This document shows positions 9,801 to 16,156 of a stretch of DNA of 23,121 nt, in pieces. The notes under the pieces were generated by a model. The model saw only the letters and a program-made list of their open reading frames with translations, ran no database searches and was not told the DNA's origin. A program made the position numbers and the translations under genes. The stretch spans positions 1 through 23,121 of the forward strand of contig CAZESS010000027.1 in assembly GCA_964514975.1 (NCBI GenBank), read 5' to 3'. Position 1 is the first letter of the stretch. Every line of letters begins with the position of its first letter. This stretch comes from an uncultured Thermoplasmatales archaeon. GTDB taxonomy: Archaea; Thermoplasmatota; E2; UBA202; DSCA01.

Positions 9801-11315
9801 GAGACCGTGATGGTTGCTATCGATGGCACTGAGCCAGCTACGGCGGCGACGGCTGACCCTGATGAGCCATCTGGCATGCATGGCTGGTATACTGGCGAGG
9901 TGATGGTGGAGCTGGAGAGCACCGACACGACCGCTGGGGTGAATACCACCAGCTACCGTATAGACGGTGGGGACTGGCAGAACTATACCGGGCCGTTTAG
10001 CGTTGCTGGCGACGGTAATCACACTGTGGAGTACTACTCGGTTGACCATGCAGGGAACCCGGAGAGCAGCAAAGAGGCCATCTATCGGGTGGATACTACA
10101 CCTCCGACGACCACATTGTCACTGTCGGGAGATGGATATGAGCCCTGGTTTAGCAGCGATGTTGAAGCGACAGTGTCCGCTTCCGACAGTATCTCCCGGG
10201 TGAACAGGACAATGTATTGCCTTGACGATGGGGAATGGCAGCAGTATATGGGAGCCTTTGCGGTGACTTCTGAAGGAGAGCATATCATCGAGTATTATTC
10301 GATGGATAACGCAGGGATTAATGGATCATTGGCGTCCACCTCGGTGTATATTGATACTACGCCGCCGTCTGTTGACATTTTGTCTCCCAGCGGGGGCAAC
10401 ATAAATGGCACAGTCAATGTTGCGTGGACGGCCAGCGATACATTGGCAGCCGCCATTGATATATCAATCGAATATCGGCCTGATGGCGGTAGCTGGCAAT
10501 CTCTGGCCTCCGGCGTTGCCAATAGCGGTTCTTATTCGTGGAACACGAAGAGTGTCGACAACGGCCAGTATCAGCTTCGTCTTTCCGCCAGCGACGATGC
10601 CGGCAATATGGGCACAGCTACTTCGTCGACATTCACCGTAGATAATCCAATAAATAGCCGGCCGACGGTGTCTATTGCTGCTCCAACGATGGATGACTCG
10701 CTGTCGGACAATACGACCATCACGGGGACTGCATCCGATAGTGATGGCGCCGTGCAGAAGGTTGAGGTAAGGATTGATGATGGAAGTTGGCAGTTGGTGG
10801 ATGGCACGAACAGTTGGAGCTATACCTGGGATACGAGGGGAGTAAGCGATGGGATCTACACAATTGAAGCCCGAAGCTACGATGGCGAAGACTATTCCAC
10901 TATTGCATCTGTGACCGTCACCGTGTCCAATAACCATCCACCTACCGTTGTTATTACATCTCCCCAAGATGGAGCCACGGTAGCCGAATCAATGCTAATT
11001 CGGGGGAACGCCAGTGACATTGACAACAATAGCACCATTACAAAGGTCGAAGTAAAGATAGACAATGGCAACTGGACAGAAGCCGATGGCACCGTCAACT
11101 GGGCCTACAACCTTGAACCCAATACAATGGGTGACGGCGACCACACGATACAGGTCAGAGCCTACGATGGAACTGACTATTCAGATACAGAATCCATCAC
11201 AATCACCGTAGAAACAGGTGAGGGCGGCGGCATTGCAGGCTTCGAGTTTGTACTGCTGCTTGCTGCTACAATTGTAGCTACTATTATATCAAAGAAACGA
11301 CGATTGAAGGGGTAA
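3891..11315 (+). CDS. Giant secreted/cell-surface glycoprotein: NosD/CASH parallel beta-helix, Ig-like domains, PKD, five OmpL47-type repeats, Ig-like (Big) domains, PGF-CTERM-like anchor
   Basis: ATG 3891 follows GAGG and a TATA-like tract, and begins the signal peptide MRKTYLALLIVAVACLAAASFLVY. Other motifs: NosD-type IYHNNF..N...GNYWDDY.G.D...DGIGD.PY, PKD PVADAG...DASGSYDSDG.I..Y.WDFGDG, C-terminal IAGFEF + TM helix + KKRR, and many N-x-S/T sequons. The ORF track starts at a TTG at 3840. Confidence 0.88.
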   Translation: MRKTYLALLIVAVACLAAASFLVYEIGDGMMDVEAAGGGYPAADVYVDADADPGWYDATHVHTVQEGVDNASAGDTIFVYNGTYFENVEVNKQLTLLGEDRNGTIIDGGGDGDVVHVIADWVNISGFTVRGSGSDWRDAGIKLDSVQHCRIDNTTISNNSDDGIDLSSSCNDNTVSGNTIRNNWDGILLSSSCNDNTVSGNTITNNSDDGIDLSSSSNNTVSGNTVTNNSDDGIDLSSSCNDNTVSGNTITNNSDDGIDLSSSSNNTVSGNTITNNSGDGILLSSSSNNTVSGNTITNNNWAGIDLVHSYNCTVIDSTMVDDGITIYGYNIEEYATHTIDTSNNVNGKPVYYWKNVRGGTVPSGAGQIILANCTNVTVENQNVSNAPIGIQAYFSHNCTITNTTANKNWLGVWLKYSSNNFIYHNNFINNTQNAYDEGNNTWYNATLDEGNYWDDYNGSDTNSDGIGDQPYNISGGDNQDLYPLMEPWNYTTPPVENITLGYGDISCWVNGSRVFNITLTNTGTVNTTITNITVSENWIQWMTSPFTIDSDESSDTWLQMQVPADATTGTHTITFTIDTTTYGTIQRQLSIQIYEERSASVTVTVVDNETGSPLQNAMVMIDDNASLHYTNQDGQTSFQTTPGIHSFYAGREGYLLKETQAHIDIGDNTATIRLDPGEVMLVNVTAEPMNYSEISDAGVNVQDPDNYDFYSFSLDLFVEDHPLTDYDTWFETPSEGGGSWSGLFDGDQKHYVWVPKGKNPLNDVTIHYDDGSGTTGSYTYIGNLYDDVAGAEGEIAHAWVHIEGSVHVLKEFFRVSVEITNNADPSFTFTDITANITLPEGLSLPQLNGSAQPTTKTMDDIPGQTNGTTSWVVRGDKAGTYNLSVGVCATVMPFNVDITGSGQATITVYGTGRVQPVFMPARYVRSGIPFVFTMGIHNPTPRAAYNVSISLHNDALGNVILDDAATKYLGTIKPGQTKYAAWRLIPSVSGFVVLDASSVYTDRDGTLEPRLTFYDDTYSGATTALYIASQQVLNAEMHAFAGELTQCKMVYTTTSEDFLWHAINTASSGGIVGAYNLALSVADMAENVAFDSIFGDEQVKQATTEEQILENITRMLQHNVSVNLTMFDNHMTGQALSDWLYQDYNDTLHDVEGMGDLSGGDQEEVSDILHDLQVSARQNTVVEVAGNSSTLGTVYPLLFESVGLREKYDRWGTIGKLTTVGSLGFLLIPGGQVVSLMLTVGGAAIGTYQQLIKHSLVNVTGTSCVSYISDLDNFTRCTSNIFSFMDDMSNPTTFSAGTDSITVVNMSMPSIVIEDNCYTGSATGTITVDNPSASSRQVTGEVVIKQMTNGTPIVDRVPISTSIQASSTSTISFQYNVSCYPGMPAGYIAEISLSAGDEPLPDETSLFTATREDESIASFTEQGMLYDTSTIQYNLSLPPHSEMYVASATQGVELHLYGNSHLGMNYTAGVMDQEITGTYSGYLSSPQWLHIVNEDDTDSNYTVEIYGLNMPTETNYTLKFLAVNTSATPLVYPPNVTASINSNRSHLVLAYHPPYENTSILGVNISGNIIQAVSDIWWPSGNLSGGESHPIDITLAFPAAGSYNGTVNIFSETPYGMSNSTVTVRVEQNSLPVADAGFNQTVNETVVQLDASGSYDSDGNITDYRWDFGDGTVEHGMIFNHSFAQGVHVVTLEVTDDDGGVDSDTCTIIVDTTPPITTVTLSGIEGNNGWYQSPVSVALNATDNLTAVDYMMYRLDDGAWKQYNETIYVTMEGMHNLSFYSVDTAGNNEQISTNTFKIDATPPAIEYMIIPSTPGGDQGWYVNPVHIGFSTTDNISGLDSQYYQINDSQWQPLMYNNISLWEDGIYTIGYRALDKAGNNASIIPFTISIDGTPPNTNASLAGTAGNNGWYTGNVIVTLNAVDNTSGINITHYQIDDGDWQQYQDAFVVSGDGNHTIRYYSVDTAGNTELNETVMVAIDGTEPATAATADPDEPSGMHGWYTGEVMVELESTDTTAGVNTTSYRIDGGDWQNYTGPFSVAGDGNHTVEYYSVDHAGNPESSKEAIYRVDTTPPTTTLSLSGDGYEPWFSSDVEATVSASDSISRVNRTMYCLDDGEWQQYMGAFAVTSEGEHIIEYYSMDNAGINGSLASTSVYIDTTPPSVDILSPSGGNINGTVNVAWTASDTLAAAIDISIEYRPDGGSWQSLASGVANSGSYSWNTKSVDNGQYQLRLSASDDAGNMGTATSSTFTVDNPINSRPTVSIAAPTMDDSLSDNTTITGTASDSDGAVQKVEVRIDDGSWQLVDGTNSWSYTWDTRGVSDGIYTIEARSYDGEDYSTIASVTVTVSNNHPPTVVITSPQDGATVAESMLIRGNASDIDNNSTITKVEVKIDNGNWTEADGTVNWAYNLEPNTMGDGDHTIQVRAYDGTDYSDTESITITVETGEGGGIAGFEFVLLLAATIVATIISKKRRLKG
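4353..4787 (+). repeat. Intragenic tandem repeat: six near-identical 69-72-bp units plus a partial unit, encoding beta-helix rungs
   Basis: Unit is approximately ACCATCACCAACAACAGCGATGATGGCATCGATCTGTCTTCTTCC(T/A)GCAAT(GAT)AATACTGTGTCGGGGAAC = TITNNSDDGIDLSSS(C/S)N(D)NTVSGN. Confidence 0.92.
9021..10352 (+). repeat. Five diverged ~88-90-aa OmpL47-type beta-domain repeats within the surface protein
   Basis: Recurring D.TPP.T......G..GWY...V.V.L.A.D..SG....Y..D.G.WQ.Y...F.V..EG.H...YYS.D.AGN. Confidence 0.8.
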
Positions 11316-11350
11316 AATACCGCCCATACAAAATTTAACCTCAAATAGAC

Positions 11351-11403
11351 GTTCAAATCCTTCCCTCAGCAACACACACCCAGGAGTTCAAATCCCTCCC
11401 TCT
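11351..11403 (+). repeat. Two tandem tRNA 3'-end-like fragments
   Basis: GTTCAAATCCTTCCCTCAGCA (11351-11371) and GTTCAAATCCCTCCCTCT (11386-11403) read as T-loop + T-stem + acceptor strand. No 5' tRNA half precedes them. Confidence 0.5.
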
Positions 11404-11512
11404 AGATAAATGAATCCAAAGGGTATAATCCCCAGTTGGTGGAGGGACAATCAAAATTTTTAGGAAGGGCAAAAGAATAAATTGTGGCCACTATTACTCT
11501 ATTTGACCGATC

Positions 11513-11680
11513 ATGGCGCGGGTGCGGGTTGAGTTCACGGATGGTCAAAAAGAAACATATGGCGATGCGGAGATTGACTATTCCTGCAGAGCCGTTATCG
11601 TGCGTGGAGGGAAAGGCTTCGAATACAAGGTCATTCCCTTTGAGCAGGTGAAGGCTGTGTTGGAATTATCCGCTGAATAG
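11513..11680 (+). CDS. 55-aa small protein, possibly Sm/LSm-like beta fold (absent from the ORF track)
   Basis: Manually translated ATG 11513 to TAG 11680: MARVRVEFTDGQKETYGDAEIDYSCRAVIVRGGKGFEYKVIPFEQVKAVLELSAE. Confidence 0.6.
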   Translation: MARVRVEFTDGQKETYGDAEIDYSCRAVIVRGGKGFEYKVIPFEQVKAVLELSAE

Positions 11681-11711
11681 GCCTTGAAATGTTTACTAGT
11701 AAACTCGTGCG

Positions 11712-11729
11712 CAAATCCCGGCGCCCGCA
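11712..11729 (+). mobile_element. Putative attR: duplicated 3' end of a tRNA (probably tRNA-Gly-type, acceptor GCGGGCG/CGCCCGC-A)
   Basis: CAAAT-CCCGG-CGCCCGC-A has the exact layout of T-loop end, 5-nt T-stem strand, 7-nt acceptor strand and discriminator. It lies at the compositional boundary. Confidence 0.6.
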
Positions 11730-11768
11730 ATTCATGCCGCATGAACACCTCAACCATGGAGCACTGAT

Positions 11769-12188
11769 ATGATAGAGAAACATGGAGCCCTCATGGTATC
11801 GATATTCGTTGTGGGTATCCTTCTTATGGCGGGCTGTCTGTCCCTGGAGACGGCGGACATGTTTGAGACCTCGGTTACAACCGACCGGGACACATACCGG
11901 TTCGGCGAGGCCATGCAGCTCAGGGTACTCGTGAACACATCCCAGAGCATGGACAACGTCACCGTCAGCGGCAGCGGACTGGTAAGCAGCAAAGGGCCGC
12001 AACTCTGGCTGGGCCCGGTCACAGACGACCTCATATCCGGGACGAACATTTTCAATTTCTCCAAGGTCGTGCCTCAGTGTTCCGACTGCACCAAGCTCAG
12101 CCCGGGCGTCTACAACATAACCGTATCAGTAAAACATGACGGTGAACGCCTCGCAACGGTGTCATGTGCCGTCGAGCTTACCCGATAG
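11769..12188 (+). CDS. Putative lipoprotein with Ig-like fold
   Basis: Hydrophobic N-terminus ending in the archaeal lipobox LMAGC. Also TDRDTY..GE, a CxxC (CSDC) and PGVYNITVSV. Confidence 0.7.
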   Translation: MIEKHGALMVSIFVVGILLMAGCLSLETADMFETSVTTDRDTYRFGEAMQLRVLVNTSQSMDNVTVSGSGLVSSKGPQLWLGPVTDDLISGTNIFNFSKVVPQCSDCTKLSPGVYNITVSVKHDGERLATVSCAVELTR

Positions 12189-12220
12189 GCATATTTTTAT
12201 ACCCTGGTCAATAAACCAAT

Positions 12221-12899
12221 ATGGCCTCCCGTCGGGCGCTTGCCGCCATCATCCTCGTCGTCCCGTTTCTGTACATCTACGGCCTCGGGTTGGTGTCGCT
12301 GTTCCTGGACACCGATGATGCATACATTACGCCGTCCGTGCTCCTTGTTTCGCTGTTCCTCAACCTTCTGGTCATGGCGGGCTCCGCGATGCTGGCTTCC
12401 AGGGCATTGTATGGCGGGAGTCTGCGCGATGTGCTCCATCGGCTCTATGTCCGCCGGAGCAACGCTGTCATCTCAGCCGTCGCTGGTGTCGTGGTAGCAG
12501 TGCTTTTTTCTCCTGGTGCTTGGCATCGCATTGGTGATGGCGCAGCAGTATGGCTACGACGTCGATAACGAGCTGTCCGGGGCCATCGCGGAGAACATGA
12601 CACCGCTGCTGCTGTTCATGGTGCCGGTGCTCTCGGCGCTCAGCGAGGAACTGTTTTTCCGGGGCTTCATCCAGATGCATCTCGCATCCTGGCGCGGGCA
12701 GGCGCTCGCCATCCCGGTGTCGGCGCTGCTGTTCGGCGTGGCTCATCTCGCCTACCGGCATCCGGTGCAGGTTTTTGCTCCCTTTGCCTTTGGCGTGGTC
12801 CTCGGCGTGCTGATGATGCGCTACCGGAACGTCATGGCGCCGATGGCTGCGCATTTTACCTTCAACTTCGTGCAGCTCACGGCCGTGTACCTGCTGTAG
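12221..12899 (+). pseudogene. CPBP/Abi (CAAX protease-like) intramembrane glutamic endopeptidase split by a single extra base
   Basis: The downstream frame has EELFFRG, FGVAH and AHF.FN motifs; the upstream frame has the N-terminal TM helices. Deleting one T from the T6 run (12504-12509) joins them as VVAVLF-LLVLGIALVM. Confidence 0.75.
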
Positions 12900-12935
12900 C
12901 GAAACCGTGATAAAACATGCCGGTGATGCCGGTGT

Positions 12936-14012
12936 ATGGACGCATTCGTTATCGGCGGCGGCAAGATGGGACTGGCCATCGCCTATGACCTGGCCTGCCA
13001 TGATGCATCGGTTACCGTGGCCGACGTCGTCCCTGGCTGCCCCGCGACCCGGCTGGGCGACATGGTCACATATATTCAGGCAGAGGCGTCTGACGCAGTC
13101 ATCAGGCGAGAGATGCGGCGGCATGACGTCGCTGTCAGTGCGCTCCCCTATGATTTCAACTACATGCTGGCGGAGATGGCCGTCGATGCCGGGACACATT
13201 TCTGTGACCTGGGCGGCAACACCGACATGGTCGCACGGGAGCTCTCGCTGCATGACCGCGCCGCTGCGGCAGGTGTCACCATCGTGCCCGACTGCGGTCT
13301 CAGCCCGGGGCTGACCAATGTCCTTGGAGCATATCTCATCGACGCCGTCGATGCAAAAGAGCTGCACATACGGGTTGGCGGTCTGCCGCAGGAGCCGGCG
13401 CCGCCGCTTGAATATGCGCTCGTGTTCTCCGCACATGGCCTGGTAAACGAATATGTCGGCATGGCACGGGTTCTCCGGGATGGACGGGTAGCCATGGCGG
13501 AGCCGTTGTCTGGCCTGGAATCAATCACCTTTGAGGGCTACCCCGCTCTTGAGGCATTTATCACCGCGGGTGGCACCTCGACGCTGCCGGACACCTACGC
13601 CGGCCAGGTCGACGTCCTCGACGACAAGTCCATCCGCTATCCGGGCCACCGCGACAGGATACAGCTGCTGAAAGACCTTGGTTTTTTTGATGAAGATGCC
13701 CGGGCGATGACTGAGCGCCTGCTGGAGCGCTCGCTCGACACGGATGTGCCCGACTTTGTTCTTGCCCGACTGACCGCCATCGGCGACGGCACAATGACCG
13801 TCGAGATACAGGATCGCTATGACGCGGCGACGGGGCTGACCGCCATGATGCGCACCACCGGGTTCCCCACGTCTGTCACGGCGCAGATGCTCGCCGCAGG
13901 GGACATAGCCCGTGATGGCTGCCATCCGCCGGAACGCTGCGTTCCCGCCCGGCTCTTTATCGAGGCATTGCAGCAGCGCGGTATCCACATTGAAACCACG
14001 GCAGCGGGCTAG
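12936..14012 (+). CDS. Saccharopine dehydrogenase-family oxidoreductase (lysine 6-dehydrogenase-like)
   Basis: Rossmann motif IGGGKMG, plus SALPY, CDLGG, DCGLSPG, VGGLP, FS..GL.NEY, K.IRYPGH and TAMMRTTG. Confidence 0.85.
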   Translation: MDAFVIGGGKMGLAIAYDLACHDASVTVADVVPGCPATRLGDMVTYIQAEASDAVIRREMRRHDVAVSALPYDFNYMLAEMAVDAGTHFCDLGGNTDMVARELSLHDRAAAAGVTIVPDCGLSPGLTNVLGAYLIDAVDAKELHIRVGGLPQEPAPPLEYALVFSAHGLVNEYVGMARVLRDGRVAMAEPLSGLESITFEGYPALEAFITAGGTSTLPDTYAGQVDVLDDKSIRYPGHRDRIQLLKDLGFFDEDARAMTERLLERSLDTDVPDFVLARLTAIGDGTMTVEIQDRYDAATGLTAMMRTTGFPTSVTAQMLAAGDIARDGCHPPERCVPARLFIEALQQRGIHIETTAAG

Positions 14013-15190
14013 CGGAGCAGCCCTCGTATCTCGCCGACGAGGCGGAGCGAGCCCGTCACGAGGATGGCATCACCGTGGGCGATGCCCCGTGCTCTCCGTA
14101 GCGCCCGGCCCAGATTTTCCTCGACATGGTATGGTCGTCCTGCATCCCGGAGCATACCGGCGAGAGCGTGAACATCTGCAGCCCGCGGTGTCGGCATCCT
14201 GGTTGCGACGATGTCGCCCGGTGGCAGCTCCCTGATGATACCTGCGATGTCCTTGTCCCGCATGACGCCGAACAGGATGCTGCCGGGCCGGATGCCCATG
14301 TTTTCGAGTGATATTCGCAATGCATGCATCGCCGCCGGGTTGTGCGCCGCGTCGAGCAGTATGTCATCGACGCGCTCCAGTCGCCCGGGAAGCCATGCCC
14401 TGGCGATGCCCCCGGTGATGCTGTCCGGGTCGATGCCGAGTATCTCCGCCGTTTTTACGGCCAGCGCGATGTTCTGGCCCTGGTAGGCGCCGGCGAGCCT
14501 GGTTTCGAGGCCGTAGCGATGCGCGGACTGGACGATGAAATGGTTGCGCTCGATGTGCTCCCATAGGTCATCGGATACCATGTGCAGCGCGGCATCGTAT
14601 GCCCTGCATCGATGGCGGATGACCTCCAGCGCCGGTCCGGTGCAGGCGGTTACCACGATGCCGCCCGTGATGGCGCCGGATATCTCCCGGGCGATGTCTT
14701 CTATGGTGTCGCCCAGGTGCTGCACGTGTTCAAGCGACACGTTGGTGATAACGGTCACGTCGGCCTCGACTGCTGCCGTCGCGTCGCAGCGGCCGCCCAT
14801 CCCGACCTCCAGGATGGCGATGTCGACGCTGCCGCTGAAATGCATCAACGCGATAGCTGTCATCGCCTCAAAAAAGGTGAGCTCTACGTCCTGTTTCATG
14901 AGCCGCGCTGCATGCTGCTCCAGCTCTCGGTTGTTGATGGCGACATTGTTGACCGTGATGCGCTCGTTGACCCGTTCCAGCTCCGGGGAGATATAGACGC
15001 CCACGTCGTAGCCCGCCTGCCTGAGGATGCTGCCCAGAAACGCGCACATGGAGCCCTTGCCGTTGGTGCCGCCCACCCGGATGACATGCCGGGGCATCTC
15101 GGTGTCCTGGAGCGCCTGCCGGATGTGTTCCAGCCCGAGCCGGATGCCCCGCTGTTTCAGGCCCTGCAGCCATTCACGTGGCGTGTCCAT
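14009..15190 (-). CDS. folC: Folylpolyglutamate synthase / dihydrofolate synthase
   Basis: VGGTNGKGS P-loop, ERI, TFFE..T..A, EVGMGGR.DAT, PGRLE, LDAAHNP and VTGSL.LVG. The ATG at 15190 overlaps the purN stop (TGATG). Confidence 0.93.
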   Translation of the reverse strand: MDTPREWLQGLKQRGIRLGLEHIRQALQDTEMPRHVIRVGGTNGKGSMCAFLGSILRQAGYDVGVYISPELERVNERITVNNVAINNRELEQHAARLMKQDVELTFFEAMTAIALMHFSGSVDIAILEVGMGGRCDATAAVEADVTVITNVSLEHVQHLGDTIEDIAREISGAITGGIVVTACTGPALEVIRHRCRAYDAALHMVSDDLWEHIERNHFIVQSAHRYGLETRLAGAYQGQNIALAVKTAEILGIDPDSITGGIARAWLPGRLERVDDILLDAAHNPAAMHALRISLENMGIRPGSILFGVMRDKDIAGIIRELPPGDIVATRMPTPRAADVHALAGMLRDAGRPYHVEENLGRALRRARGIAHGDAILVTGSLRLVGEIRGLLR

Positions 15191-15840
15191 CAAAATCCAT
15201 CCGCGTACAGCACGTCCGGGAGCGCTCTGTCCATCCAGCTGTCCCCCGGTTGAATGTGCACACGTCGTCCCTCGATGTGCAGCCGGTTTTGCTCGGACAG
15301 GTCGATGCTCCGGGGCAGCAGTTGATGTTCGACGCGGAGGATGCGCCGGGCGAGGTCGTCGCGGCTGTCGTCGTCGTGCACGCGGACGGCTGCCTGCAAA
15401 ATGATGGGCCCATGGTCCGCCCGTTCATCCATGAAATGCGTCGTACATCCGGAAAGCTTGACGCCGTAGCGGAGCGCGTCGCCCTGCCCGTCGGTGCCCT
15501 TGAACGAGGGCAGCAGCGCGGGATGGATGTTGATAAGCCGGCCGTACCATTGTCGGACGAAGCGAGGCGAGAGGATGCGCATGTAGCCGGCCCCCACGAC
15601 GAGCCCGACGTCGTGTTCCTCGAACGCCAGCTGTATCATTTCCTCATGCTGCCGTTTGTCGCATGCGCTGCAGAACCTGGCGTCGATGCCGTGCTGCCGG
15701 GCTCGCTCGAGCGCATATGCATCCTCGTTGTCGCTGACGATGACACCCACCCGGGCGTTGATGTCGCCGCTGCTGCAGGCGTCGATGATGGCCTGGAGGT
15801 TGGTGCCCGTGCCGGAGGCGAGAACACCGATGATGAGCAT
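15190..15840 (-). CDS. purN: Phosphoribosylglycinamide formyltransferase (folate-dependent)
   Basis: VLASG.GTNLQAI, AGYMRILS, NIHPALLPSFKG, SGCTTHF, D.GPII.Q and EH.L. The start is probably MLIIG at 15840 (alternative 15858). Confidence 0.94.
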   Translation of the reverse strand: MLIIGVLASGTGTNLQAIIDACSSGDINARVGVIVSDNEDAYALERARQHGIDARFCSACDKRQHEEMIQLAFEEHDVGLVVGAGYMRILSPRFVRQWYGRLINIHPALLPSFKGTDGQGDALRYGVKLSGCTTHFMDERADHGPIILQAAVRVHDDDSRDDLARRILRVEHQLLPRSIDLSEQNRLHIEGRRVHIQPGDSWMDRALPDVLYADGF

Positions 15841-16156
15841 ATCCGTGCAACACGCCATCCTTTAAGGATTTAACTCTCCAGGCTCGATGTGACGGTTATT
15901 CAGGTGACATCCCTGTCGTTGTGCGGATGTTGGCTGTATTGTTCTACGGCCGAATGAGGTGAGCGCCATCGTATTTTTGCGTTTATTGGTTCCTCCTGTT
16001 TCGTATTGCCCATTGGGATGTTTTGATGCCCTTCTTTCAAGCCATCTTTGACCCTTTGACCGGGTGTTCGCAGGAATTTGTGTTCCCCCGTGTTTCATGG
16101 CGGGCGCAATTTTTAAAACAGGGCACGGGTTTGGTCTGATAGAGGATGAGCATACC

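Larger units (their letters stand above)
1..11729. mobile_element. Right-hand part of a putative tRNA-integrated genomic island (left end outside the window)
   Basis: DNA is more AT-rich than the housekeeping block after ~11.75 kb. Cargo is accessory (modification/nuclease genes, orphan paralogs, giant surface protein). It ends at a tRNA 3'-end fragment (11712-11729). No integrase is visible in the window. Confidence 0.6.

Noticed and set aside
11650-11729. Complete tRNA gene ending at 11729
   Set aside because: No matching 5' acceptor strand, D arm or 5' T-stem is present upstream; only the 3' 18 nt are tRNA-like.
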